Source of the DNA: Vicugna vicugna
Taxonomy: Eukaryota
Direction of reading: 5' to 3'
NCBI GenBank assembly: GCA_013265495.1
Contig: MU058252.1
Location: forward strand, 2,452,244-2,516,243
DNA: 64,000 nucleotides
Made by a program: the position numbers and the translations under genes. Below, in pieces: positions 26,295-37,999 of this stretch (positions within the stretch are counted from its first letter, which is position 1; every line of letters starts with the position of its first letter). The notes beneath the pieces are model-generated. The model made no database searches. It saw only the letters and a list, made by a program, of their open reading frames with translations, and had not been told where the DNA came from.

Positions 26295-26520
26295 TCACAT
26301 GGTGGTTAAGAACATAAGCTTCAAAGTCACAAAGATCTGGGTTTAATCCTTATTCAACCTCTAATTAGCTGTTACTTTGGGCAAGTTAACAACCTCTTTA
26401 AGCCTATTTCCATTTGAAAATCAGAAAAAACAAAATTTGTCTAGTAGGGTTATTGTGAAGATGCAAATTGTATTATCCAAAGATAGCATGCTGCCCGGCA
26501 TAGAGTGAAGAGGGCCCGAG
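26295..26520 (+). mobile_element. MIR SINE
   Basis: atggtggttaagaacataagct...ctttgggcaagttaacaacctctttaagcc...gttattgtgaagat. Confidence 0.7.
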
Positions 26521-26529
26521 TTGCTTTCT

Positions 26530-26942
26530 GTGATGGTGGTGGTGATGATGGTGATCATGATGAAGATGACAGTGGTAATGGTGGTGATGATGGTGATCAT
26601 GATGAAGATGACAATGGTGATGGTGGTGATGATGGTGATCATGATGAAGATGACAGTGGTGATGGTGATGATGGTGATCATGATGAAGATGGCAGTGGTG
26701 ATGGTGTTGATGATGGTGATCATGATGAAGATGGCAGTGGTGATGGTGTTGATGATGGTGATCATGATGAAGATGACAATGGTGATGGTGGTGATGATGG
26801 TGAAGATGGTGAAGATGATGGGGGTGATGATGAAAATAATGTGATGGTGGTGCTGTGATGTTGACTGTGCTGATATGATGATGGCAGTGGTGGGGATAAC
26901 TGGTTATGATGATGATGTGATGGTGGTGATAAGGGTGATGTC
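26530..26942. repeat. GAT/GGT-rich repeat with six 42-bp higher-order units
   Basis: GATCATGATGAAGATG recurs at 26553, 26595, 26637, 26676, 26718 and 26760 (spacings 42, 42, 39, 42, 42). Confidence 0.92.
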
Positions 26943-26964
26943 TAACTGAACAGACCTTCTCTGA

Positions 26965-27180
26965 AATGAAACTGCTCTAATAGATACTTTGTATGACTTA
27001 TTGATATAATTCTCAAAAACACCCTCTAAGGTAACACTGTGATCCTCGTTCTACAAATAGGGAAAGTGAAGATAAGAGAATTAAATAATGTCTAAAACCA
27101 CACAATCAGTGAGTGGTGGGGACAGCATTTCAAGCCAAGCTGTCTGATGCTAAAGCTTGTGATTTTTTTTCCCTACACTG
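26965..27180 (-). mobile_element. MIR SINE
   Basis: aattctcaaaaacaccctctaagg...ttctacaaatagggaaagtgaag...atttcaagccaagctgtctga. Confidence 0.65.
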
Positions 27181-30100
27181 CAGTCATTTCAATGAGCACC
27201 TTTTAGAGTTCCTGGGATAACTGAATAAAGCAAAGCTTGCCAAGTGCCCAGTACAACACTGGGCACATGGTAGGTGTTCATCGGTCTTAGTTCCCCTTGC
27301 CTTGCCTGCCTCCCGGGTCTCACCACTTTGTAGAATCACATTGTGTCATCTGAGTAGGTTTAGCCACGTAGAACTCAAGAAAACAATTCGTCACCTTGGT
27401 TCCTACTGCCTAGTAATGTTTATGCACATTCACTGATTAATTTGCAGTTATGGTGTTGCTTTTAACCATCCTGTGGCCGGGGCAGCTTCCTCAATTTCTC
27501 TGGGCTTTGATTTTCTTTTCTGTAAAAGTATGCATTTGGACAAATTTACCTTAAGATCTATACAGACCTGTACAATCTATCTAAATCTCTATGGTGCTAT
27601 TGCTCAATTTTTAAAAAATAAATACATAGTAGTTCCCAGAAATAATAGACTTTTAGTATTTGAATGCAGTCCCCAAATCCCAGTGGTGAAACCTGGAGAC
27701 TTGCGCTGCAGTTAGGGAAATGGGTGTGATTCATGCAGTGAGAGCTCTGTGGTCTTTCACAGTCCCCAGGCATCTGATAAAAACATTTGATGCTGTAAAA
27801 ATGACTTTCTTCTTCCAGTGTCAAACCCTGAACAGTGAGAAATAATCCAAAGGAAGTACGTTTCCAGTTAGTCAGGAGAGGAATGACTGTTCTCAGCCGT
27901 TACTCGGGGATGTTTTAAACTGTGAGGTCACCACAAAGGGTTTCACTTCATGCATCTTTTCATGATAATCTAATTCTCATTTTTCCTTCAAATTAAAGAG
28001 GAAAGATTAAATTCCACATGTTGAAAGAGGAAGACGGTTTTGGTCTGACATTATTAGCTTCCCACGTTCACTGTGTTACGTAACCATTCCGTGTATTTAA
28101 TCGAGTTGTTACTGGGCTAACGGCAGAGTGTTATCGTCCAGTTTTGCAGCCTGAGCTATTGACGTGAGTCTGATCATGCCAGGTTGCCGTGCAGGAACGA
28201 TACGGTACATCAGCTTAGAAAGTCTGATCATTACTGTTTACAAACTGGTAATTCAGGAAAAACCATTGTGAATGGATGGAAGGGAAAAAAATCACTTTCT
28301 TAAAAAAAAAAAAAGCGAAATACACTAAGTGTAGGCTGTGGAGTAAGAACTCAGAAGCCTGGACTCTAGAAGCTGGTGAGGCCTGAGAACCGTCCTCCAC
28401 AGGTCTTCCAAGTACCAGGAGGCCGACAGCTTGTCCAGTCGCCCAGCCCCCGGAGCTGCTCGCGCTAGACTGAAACGTCCAGTATGTTCAGGGCCGAAGG
28501 CACACGAGGCTTTTGCCAGAGAGAGAAAGAAGCTGAGACCAGCCTGGATGTAGGGAAGTTTGCACTAAAACACAAAAAGGGAAGTCAGGCCAAGGCATGG
28601 GGATGCAGCCCAGGAGACGGTTTTGCGGCGTGTAAACAAGGATGCTGGTGTCGCCACTCCAAGTGCGCCCGTCAAGGAATCCCGCCCGGGCTTCGGAGCC
28701 CAGCCCAGCCCCGAGGCGCAGCCCGGGAGAAGGGGGCTCTGCACCCTTCAGCGCGTGGGTCTCCTTTGCCCTCAACACCACCCTGGGGCCGTGTGGCATG
28801 TGGCCCAGCTCTCCTTTACTGGGAACCTCCATTTCCAAAACAAAGGGGGGTTATTAAATTAAGTGGACAGGATGCACTGCAGTGATCATGAGCTGTGATT
28901 AAGGACTGGGTTCAAGTTCTGCCTTACAAGCCCTTCCGTGGGAAGTTTCCAGGGTCCCAGGATGTCTGTTTTTGTTACCCCAGCTTGGAAGGAGCGTCTT
29001 CGCTGATCAGAGGGAAGACAGACAGCTTAAAGCTTTGAGCCCCAGTCTATGTAAATTGCCTGTTGTCAGTTTATTTCGGGTCTGTTGAGTTTAAGGATTT
29101 AACACCACCCCTCTTACTTGTCAGTCCAGTGGGACAGGTGCTGGGGCAGCCTCTCTCTGGGGTGGCAAATGGGAGGGGGAAAAGTGGTACCCCAGTCGTG
29201 GTAGGCAGGAAACGTGTTGAAACTGGGCTGGGCTGGGGTTGTTGAATGGGGTTCCCTTTAGTCAGGATACAGAACAAGGTAGGAGGGCGAGAAGCAGGGC
29301 ACATGGGGCCAGCGGTGGTCAGGAGGCCTCGAGAGGAGGACAGGGGACAGGGGACCCGGGACCCTCATGGTTTCAACTGCCCAGCTCCCACCACTTACCC
29401 TGGGTGCTGGAGACCAGTCAGGGAGGCCGACTGCCCCTGTTCAGCAGGGCCCCATGTTCTGCGGCCACCACTGTGACAGGACATCCCCCTTCCTGAGGGT
29501 CTCAGTGGTCGGCACAGGACGTCAGGCTCAGTTCCCTTAAAATGACACAAAACCATCTCGAACGTTGGATCTGAAAGTCAGGTCGGCATCCCCGAAGAAG
29601 AAGAACCACATGAAGGAGTGACCCAGTGACACCTGGTCACCGACACAGACCTGCCTTCCGGAAAGGCTGGCTCATTAACGCGATGCTTTGGGTGAAGTCT
29701 GGACCAAAACCCGCAGGGACATCAAAGGACCACTGCAGAAGCCCCGGTCCGGCATCTTGATGTGTCTTCTCATCTGTCTCCCTGGACAGATGCTTCCTGA
29801 GAATGAGCAGCCGGGTTCATTCAGCTGCGAACCCCCAGCCGCCAGCACAGCGCCTTGAACTGGACGGCACGACAGCACAAGTGTCCTATATCTTCCGCTA
29901 AAACAGGCCTGCATGCACCATCATTTTGACATCATTTGACAGTAAACATCTCCTAATGTTTACTTGTAATTAAATGAGGTGTTCATCAAAGTGGAAGAGC
30001 ACGCTTCGCTTAGCACATTACCTCGGATGGCAGAGAGCCCACCCCTCTTGCTTCCTGTGGCCCCTTTGGGACTGTGGGGGTCTCGCTTCACAGGCTTCAT

Positions 30101-30703
30101 CAGTATCACTGAAATGGGCACCAACCCAAAGCGAAGCGCTTTGTCCACTGCCTGGGCCAAATTACATGAAGGCGTCTTAACAGCAGTGCGCTGGCTGCTT
30201 AAACTTCACCCCAAGGTTCATTCACAGCTACGCACGCAGCCAGATTCCCCTTTTCTTGTTTAGAATTGGATTTTGGGAATTTGGGGATCTCCAGAATTTC
30301 ACTGACGGTTATTTCAAGACTGTCACTGTGGGCGAGCAGTGCGGGGGGCGGGACGTGTCACAGAAGGGAAACATACGCGGCGTTCACAGGGCTCGGGGTG
30401 GGGAGGGTGGGGAAGCGGCCGCGGAGGAGAGGCGGCCACGCCAGTGCCCGCCCCTGGGCCCACGTCCGTGACGGGGCGGGGAGCTGGCGGGCGTCCGCAT
30501 AGGGGCCCCTGCTGCCCCCACGCCCGGCCCTGGAGCCCCCCGCGCTCATGAGCCTCTGATGTGCAAGACCCTCTCTCCAAACCGGAAGCTCAGTCACGTT
30601 TCACTCTGTTGCCCCCAGGGGTTCTCCTACCTTCTTCCCCACGAAGGACTACAGGTACATTTAACCTCACTTATCCCCCACTTCCTGTGTCCCTGGGGTC
30701 TTT

Positions 30704-30844
30704 TTCTTTTCCTTTTCTTTTCTTTTTTTTCAAGGGGGAGATAATTAGGTTTATGTATTTATTTTTAATGGAGGGTCTGGGGATTAAACCCAGGACCTCA
30801 AGCATGCTAAGCATGTGCTCTGCCCCTGAGCTGTACCCACCCCT
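30704..30844 (-). mobile_element. tRNA-derived SINE, Vic-1 type
   Basis: ggggattaaacccaggacctcaagcatgctaagcatgtgctctgcccctgagct. 16-bp TSD tgtccctggggtcttt (30688) / tgtccctagagtcttt (30845). Confidence 0.88.
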
Positions 30845-32139
30845 TGTCCCTAGAGTCTTTTGATCTGTATCATTCTGAGTCCAATCGACTTGAAATTCCC
30901 GGGTCTGGAGGGTCCCCCCCCACTTTGTTCAGCTCGGCCTCTCTGCCGTGAGCAGGGCGATGTGTAACAACACAGTGAGGGAAGCAGAACGGAGAAAGGG
31001 GGGCTCCTCCAGACATGCGGGGGAGGGCTAGGGGGAGGACCAGAGCAGAGGCGCCCCCCCTCCTCGAGACAGCAGAAGATAATGACAAGGCGCGGCTCGT
31101 GTCCCAGCCAGCTCTGCCAGGGAGCGTCCAGGCTGTGCAGCGAGGCAGGTGTTTCTCTCGCCTTTGCAATGGCCGTTAGCGTCACAAGTGTCACGTGGCC
31201 ACCACCCATACTTGGGACAGTGCACTTTCTATACTGAAGCAGAACACTGTCTTATGGAGGGTAACTGTCTGTGTAACAGCGCACCTCATCCTGTAAGATT
31301 ACAAAAGGAGAGAGGACAAATGTCCTCACGTTCTGTGGGCTCTTAGATTGCATCCACTTTACTAACAAGCAGCATATCTTAGACTACAGCCTGAAAGCAC
31401 TGTGTGAACTCTGGGCTTTTCTATGTGGATGAGATCGGGGAGTGGGGATGGCTTGTTCTGCAGTGATTTCTCTGAAGACGTAGACAGGATGGCACAGTGC
31501 AGTTGTCGCCAGTAGAAAGATGCAGTCACAGCAGCACCGACAACGGGGAGAAAACTGCACCCCCCGTGGAGCAGCGCTGGGTGTTTCTCTGTAAATGTCC
31601 GTCCCTGCCTTTGCTGCCCCTTTCAGAGTCCGGGCAGTGAAGCAGCAAGAGAGTCTGGCTCGCTGGTGTCGGAAGCCCTGAGAACTCGAGGTCCTCGGCA
31701 GGAAACGTACAGCTGGTGTTGACTCCGCTCCCAGGACCTTTCGGGCTGTGGGATCCTGTGGTCCTGGCTCAGTCCCTTCCCTCCATCCACAGCTCCTCAT
31801 TGTTGCATGGAAACCTTAATGCCAGGTTCCTAAGTTCCGGTCAGCATTTCAATGGGATTCCACAGTTCCTGGGTCACAACACTCTTCCCAGGTCCTGGTG
31901 ACACCAGTAAGATTGACTGACATGCACAGTCCCGGCAGCTGGTTCCCCCCAGCAGGGGTGTGGGAGCTGGTCCGTGTGCGGGAGGTCTACTCACCCCCTG
32001 GCCGTCCGCATGGCCGCTGACAACCCCAGCCTGCTGACGAGGGGCCGCTTGGTCCCGGGGCACCTGAGCATATGCTGAACTGGGGTTCTCCCGTACCCGG
32101 GAGGGGAGGGTCTAATTCTTCAGTAAGTTAAATGCGAGT

Positions 32140-32235
32140 GGAGGGGGCAGGTAGAGCTCAGTGGTAGAGTGTGTGCTTAGCGTGCACGAGGCCCTGGGTT
32201 CAATCCCCAGTCTCTCCATTAAAAAAAACCAATAA
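32140..32235 (+). mobile_element. tRNA-derived SINE, Vic-1 type
   Basis: gtagagctcagtggtagagtgtgtgcttagcgtgcacgaggccctgggttcaatcccca plus A tail. TSD taagttaaatgc (32124) / taacttaaatgc (32236). Confidence 0.88.
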
Positions 32236-32424
32236 TAACTTAAATGCAGACACAAGGACTAAAATTTTGTTTTCACATTCTCAGGCACTAGTTACCAAAA
32301 TCTGCCAATTGGTCTTGATTTTTAACTTAACATCATTGTCCAAGAATCTCAGTGCCTATGTGTGCATTGGACTCTGAACTTAGCTTGGGGAAATCATGAC
32401 TGTCATTTTAACTGTAATGAGTTC

Positions 32425-33165
32425 TGAAGTCATACATGAAGATACATATATTCATTTTCATGTTCTTTTTCACCATAAGTTACTACAAGATATCGAATAC
32501 ATTTTCCTGTGCTGTACAGTATAAACTTGGTTCTCTATTTTATATTTACCAGTCAGTATCTGCAAATCTTGAACTCCCAGTTTATCCCTTCCCACCCCTT
32601 CCCCTCTGGGAACCATCAGTTTGTTTTCTATGTCTATGAGTCTGTTTCTGTTTAATGTATAAGTTCATTTTTTTATTAAGATTCCACATATGAGTCACAT
32701 GGTATTTTTTTTCTCTTTCTGGCTTACTTCACTTAGAATGACATTCTCCAGGGACATCCATGTTGGTGCAAATGACATTATTTTATTCTTTTTTGTGGCT
32801 GAGTAGTATTCAATTGTATAAATATACCACAGCTTCCTTATCCAGTCTTCTGTCAATGGACATCACCTCACACCAGTCAGAATGGCCATCATTCAAAACT
32901 CCACAAACGATAAATGCTGGAGAGGCTGTGGAGAAAAGGGAACCCTCCTACACTGCTGGTAAGAATGTAGTTTAATGCAGCCATTATGGAAAACAGTGTG
33001 GAAATTCCTCAAAAGACTAAAAATAGACTTACCATATGATCCAGCAATCCCACTCCTGGGTATATATGCAGAGGGAACCTCAATTCAAAAAGACACCTGC
33101 ACCCCAATGTTCATAGCAGCACTATTTACAATAGCCAAGACATGGAAACAGCTTAAATGTCCATC
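32425..33165 (-). mobile_element. L1 3' fragment with 5' inversion (minus 32425-32863, plus 32864-33165)
   Basis: Minus-strand 3' UTR joined to plus-strand ORF2 C-terminus ([30 protein letters not shown]). Confidence 0.9.
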
Positions 33166-33944
33166 AAAACTCCTTTAGTTTTAAATACACAACTCTTCGT
33201 CTCCATCGCTGTGACCATGCTCTAGATAATCCCAGATGCTGAGCCACGTTTCTGGCAGGCGTGGGTATCCGAGGGTTGTGGGAGGCGGACATCGACCACG
33301 CTCTCCCCCCGGGCCTCCGGTTCCCTTGACGGCCGCTCGGTACACCTGCCCCAGGTGCGCGTTCACACAAGGGCCAGCAGTTGTGTCTCCAGAAATGAGA
33401 CCTCAGAGGACACAGTCTGCTGTGGTTCCCACATAGATAAATCTCCTGAATTTTTTTTTTGTAGAAAGTGTGTTGATTTGGACCTTTCTGCCCTGAGACA
33501 CGTGTTTGGAAATCGTTGCATCGTAACTAAATTAATTGCTCATTCACAGTCAGTGATAAAATTTTAAGAAGTCTCAGACCAGGGAGGCTGCGCCCGCCCT
33601 CCTCGGCGTGACTTGGGCTGGGGTCCTGGTCCTTCCCCCTTCCCGTCTCACCGCCCCAGTCTGCCCGCTCCAGGCCTGGTGGCTCTGAATTCAGAACACA
33701 GGTGGAAATCCGCGTCTTCTCCTGTCGCTCTCACACCTGGCTCTGCATGCCCTCGCTGGTGTCCGGGAGGTCTCACCCAGAAGGGGGGTCAGCACGGAGA
33801 TGTGGGAGGAGCTCCCCCAGGACGACCTGTTGTTGGTAACTTTTCCCCCAACTTGGGGATGTTTTCCTAGAAATACAGACCGAAATCCCCAGGGCCGTTT
33901 GTTGTGATTCCCTTTTTATTTTTATTTCATGGAATTTTATTGTA

Positions 33945-34085
33945 TTTTATTTTTAACACCTTTTTTGTGGTATGATCCCTGTTCAGTACACTACACATAT
34001 TTTGGAGGTAAAATTTGATGAGTTTTGATAGATACAGACAACAGTAAAGCCGCCGCCACGGCCAAGGTGGTGAGCGTTTCCGTGT
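33945..34085 (-). mobile_element. Old L1 (L1MB/MC-like) 3' terminus
   Basis: ttttaacaccttttttgtggtatgat...aaatttgatgagttttgata. Confidence 0.55.
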
Positions 34086-34149
34086 GGCACCCATTTTAGA
34101 AACGAGGCGGCTTTGAGTCCGAATTGCAACTGATTGTTCCCAGGGTCAC

Positions 34150-35590
34150 CCAGATAATTCAAATTTGGGTCTCCCTGAGGGTAATGTCCCCTGGCGTGCC
34201 GTCCCCGTTCTCAGTAATGACGTGTCGCGGTGGGGACGGGCAGGTGAGGGGGAGGAAAGGAGGGTCCCTCTGCACAGCCGGACGAGTGCTGGTCAGGCGG
34301 TGGCGCTGACGAGGTCCGTAATTAACCCGGACACGCGGTGCGGCCCTGGCCTCCGGGGCGGAGAGCGCGGCGTGCCGCGGGGCCTCACGCAGCTCTGGGT
34401 GCGCAGGGGCAGAGCCACAGGGCGGTGACCGAGGCCTGGGGACAGTCTTCTCCTGCAGCGAGCGGTGCTTCTCCACAGCCGTCAAGAACGTGGAACCCTT
34501 GTCGTAGTGGAAGCAGGCCTAGGTTCCTGTGACCCTTGGGTCACAACATCTTCATCAGCTGAACAGCACGTAACCTTCCCTATGTGTGTTTCTGTGTGAA
34601 GACACCTGACTGCACGTCCCTTGTTCGCTGGGTGACGTTGACCTCACTCGGGCCAGCGGCACCGTGACGCGCGCCTGAGTGACGCGCAGCGGACACAGGG
34701 CGCTCTGGTCCTTGCTCTCGGCAGCACCCGGAGCTCTTCAGGGTGACGTTCAGGGCCCATTTTAAGCAGTGAAATCATCCCCCAAAGCGCACAAAGGCGG
34801 GGGGCGGGGCCGTCGTTTCCGCAGGAGCCGGCGCAGAAGGCAGCGTGCGGTCCTGCCGGACCTCGCTGGGAACGCGCGCATCGGGCAGCAGACTTGCTTC
34901 CACCCGTGCCTGTCCACCCGTGACTGCAAGGTGCCGCGGCTGTGACTGCGGTCACAAATGGATGTCAGGGCCGGCGGACTGCCGGTAAGCAGGCTGAGTG
35001 GTGAGGGTCAACCGGTTACATCAGCACGGTGTCCATCCTGCGGACCCTCAGAACCCGGAACCATAAAGAAATCAGACTGTAAAAAAAAACAACCTCTAAC
35101 TCGGGATACTTTGAGAAACAGTTCTCACACTCCAGAAAGGTCTAAATGGCTTTCGTTTGCTGGTGGACGGGGTGCCCTCCTTGAGGAATTCGCTTACCGC
35201 CGTGTTTCCACAAGCAGCGCGGGGGGAGCTCAGGCAGGACAGCGGGGTGGAACTGCCGCCGCCGCCTGCGTCTGCACTGACGTGAGCGTGCGGTCGGGCG
35301 TGGTCCTGTCGGGAAGGGAGCACGTTCGCCTGCTTCCTCGCGTGAAACGTAAGGAAGAGGAGACGCTGGGCTGGGAGGCGACGGGACCTCGGAGCAGTCG
35401 CTGTGGCACTTACTCCAGCGGGTAAGTGCTTCCGCCTTCAGACGGCCTGCGAGCTGAGGCCCCGCGAGCTGAGGGCCCGCGAGCTGAGGCCCCGGGAGCT
35501 GAGGCCCCGCGAGCTGAGGGCCCCGGGAGCTGAGGGCCCTGGTGCGCGAATGCATCTGCGTCTGGACATCTTCCTCGCGTCTTCTGAAAA
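34150..35590. promoter_or_regulatory. Orphan CpG-rich island, candidate promoter or enhancer
   Basis: High CpG density, several TGACG half-CRE sites, GC box ggcggggggcggggc (~34796), and donor-like CGG|GTAAGT at 35421/35422. Confidence 0.4.
35445..35542. repeat. 15-bp GC-rich minisatellite, 6 units (GAGCTGAGGCCCCGC)
   Basis: GAGCTGAGG at 35451, 35466, 35481, 35496, 35511 and 35527. Confidence 0.93.
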
Positions 35591-35629
35591 TGTTTAACGA
35601 TACTAAATCACAGTCCTTTAAGGAAAGAA

Positions 35630-35900
35630 ATGTGTGCCTCTTTGTGTATATGTGTATGTGTGATAGTGTGTGTTTATGGTGTCTGTGTGTATGTGTGTGG
35701 TGTGTGTGTATTATGGTGTGTGTTTGTGTGTATATTGTGTGTGTATGTGTATATAGTGTGTGTGATGTGTATATTGTGTGTGTTTATGGTGTATGTATAT
35801 GCGTGTGTATAGTGTGTGTGTGTTTATGGTGTCTGTGTGTGTGTGTGTGGTATGTGTGTGTGATGTGGATATTCTGTGTTCATGGTGTGTGTGTGTTTGT
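35630..35900. repeat. Degenerate (TG)n/(TA)n compound repeat
   Basis: About 270 bp of interrupted TG, with recurring tgtttatggtgtctgtgtgt. Confidence 0.9.
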
Positions 35901-36189
35901 GGAGATCTAATCACTGCAAGGCAGGCATGGAGAATACCATGGTTGATCAATCTAGACAGTTTTGTCTAAGTTTAAAAAATGATTTTAAAATGTTGTGATT
36001 GATTTTCATTTGTGGTCCCCAAACTGACCCTGGTCAGGATGTCCCTAGGTTGCCCTCAGCAGAGGATCGTAGGGGTGAGACTCTGGCTGTCGGAGGTGGC
36101 AGTGTTGTCCCTTATTGGGACACAGATAGGTAAATACAGCTAGATTTAGAGTCGTGCACCATGCGTGTACGTGGGTTTAAAATTGTGTC

Positions 36190-36648
36190 TTTTTTTTTTA
36201 TTATAGTCTGTTTACAGTGTTGTGTTACTTTCTGGTGTACAGCACAGTGATTCAGCTATGCACACATATATATTCCTTTTCATATTCTTTTTCACTACAG
36301 GCTATTACAAGATAGTGAATACAGTTCCCTGTGCTGTACAGTAGGACCTTCTTGTTTATCTATTTTATAGTAGTTTGTATCTGCTAATCCCAAACTCCAA
36401 ATTTACCCCTCCCCCACCACCATTCTCCTTTAGTAACCATAAGTTTGTTTCCTATGTCTGTGAGTCTGTTTCTGTTTTGTAAATACGTTCATTTGTGTCC
36501 CCTTTTAAAGATTCCACAGGTAAGTGATATCACATGATTTTTCCTTTCTCTGTCTCACTTACTTCACTCAGTGTGATCATCTCCAGGTCCATCCATGTTG
36601 CCGCAAACGGCATTATTTCATTCTTTTTTATGGCTGAGTAGTGTTCCG

Positions 36649-36696
<48 letters not shown>

Positions 36697-36725
36697 ACAC
36701 CACATCTTTATCCAGTCGTCTAAAA
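36190..36725 (-). mobile_element. L1 3' end containing (GT)22 at 36651-36694
   Basis: Poly-T, then tttacagtgttgtgttactttctggtgtacagc...catccatgttgccgcaaacggcatt. Confidence 0.88.
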
Positions 36726-37999
36726 TACAGCCATGTTAAGCCTTTCTCACTGTGGTGCGGGTGATAATTGTGCTCAGACCGCAGGGTCTCATTAGATTTT
36801 TGAATTCAGATAAACTCCTAGAAAATGATATCAGTGCGTCCCCGGGCGGTGAGAAAGTGCTGAATGACCTTGAATCGTGCTGGGGGTGGGACACGTCATG
36901 TATTTAAGGGTCTTCCTGTTCAGGGTCATGTTGGCAAGTCCAAGGTTTGCTCTGGTTCTTAGACCATTTGTCTTCAGAAGGATTTAGCTTTAAATAAAAA
37001 ACCCACTTGCAGTAACTGCACAGGGGAGGATCCTTTGGAAAAACAGTTCTAAAAAGCTCTGGAAAGGATCCTGTTTCTTTCTTTGGGGGTAATAAGCAGA
37101 TTAGGCCTTGTTTTGAATAATGATGCTTATGTCCTATTCAAAGCCTAGAACATTTTTATGACTTTAAATAGATGTTAAGAATAGTCAGCAGGATATTTTG
37201 AAATAAAAGCTCCATTTAGCATAGATAAAACTAAAATAATTGTTTATCTCTGGAGCTGCATGTGGATGGGCCAACAGCGGGAGAAATCACTCTGCAATCC
37301 AGGGGTGCGCAGCCGGCATGTCATTCCTGTAAGCAACCCAGTGCTTGCCCTTCCTCTACTCTTAGTATTAGTGGGGTTTTTAAAGTTTCCGTCACAGAGC
37401 ACTTGAGGTTTAGGCTGAAAGCTGATGCAAACTGTGAATTTATCCCTTGGAGCCTCACAAGCGTGAGCTGAGGACCCAAGAAGTTAATCTTTCAGGGAAG
37501 CATCTCTTAAAACTCACCCCACGCCCGAGGCTGGAGTACAGGCTCGTGGGCAGGGTGAGCGCAGGTCCCCCCCGGCTGTAGGGACAGCGGGCCCTGGGCT
37601 GGAGCTGCCCTCTGCTTGCTGTCCCTGGCCTGAGACATGTCACGTCCCCGCTGAGCCTCGGTCCCTTTGTGCGGACACCGTGCCAGCACCTGGGCAGGGC
37701 TGCGTGGGGACTGGAGGCGGTGCACCCCACGCCGGGCGCCGTCTCCTGTAGCTGCTCGGTGCACAACGGCTGCAATACGCCTACTGATAATTGGCTACTC
37801 ATTCATTTGCGTTGGGATTTGATTAATAACGCTGATGAGTAGGTTCCTTACCACTCCAAAAACAACGTACCTGCAGGCCGGGAATCATTCCTGGGAACAT
37901 CACAGTGTGGACACTGTTCTGTTTGCTTGTATCTCCCTGTTCCGGTCGCATAGTGTGAGGCCGGCAGGAGTTGGTAACTCGCTCGTGTCGAGCCCTGTG

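Noticed and set aside
26421..26858. Asp/Gly-rich and Met/Val-rich ORFs
   Set aside because: Translation artefacts of the triplet-based tandem repeat.
26530..35542. CRISPR-like or other prokaryotic arrays (repeats at 26.5 kb and 35.4 kb)
   Set aside because: The repeats are head-to-tail without unique spacers, and the DNA is mammalian.
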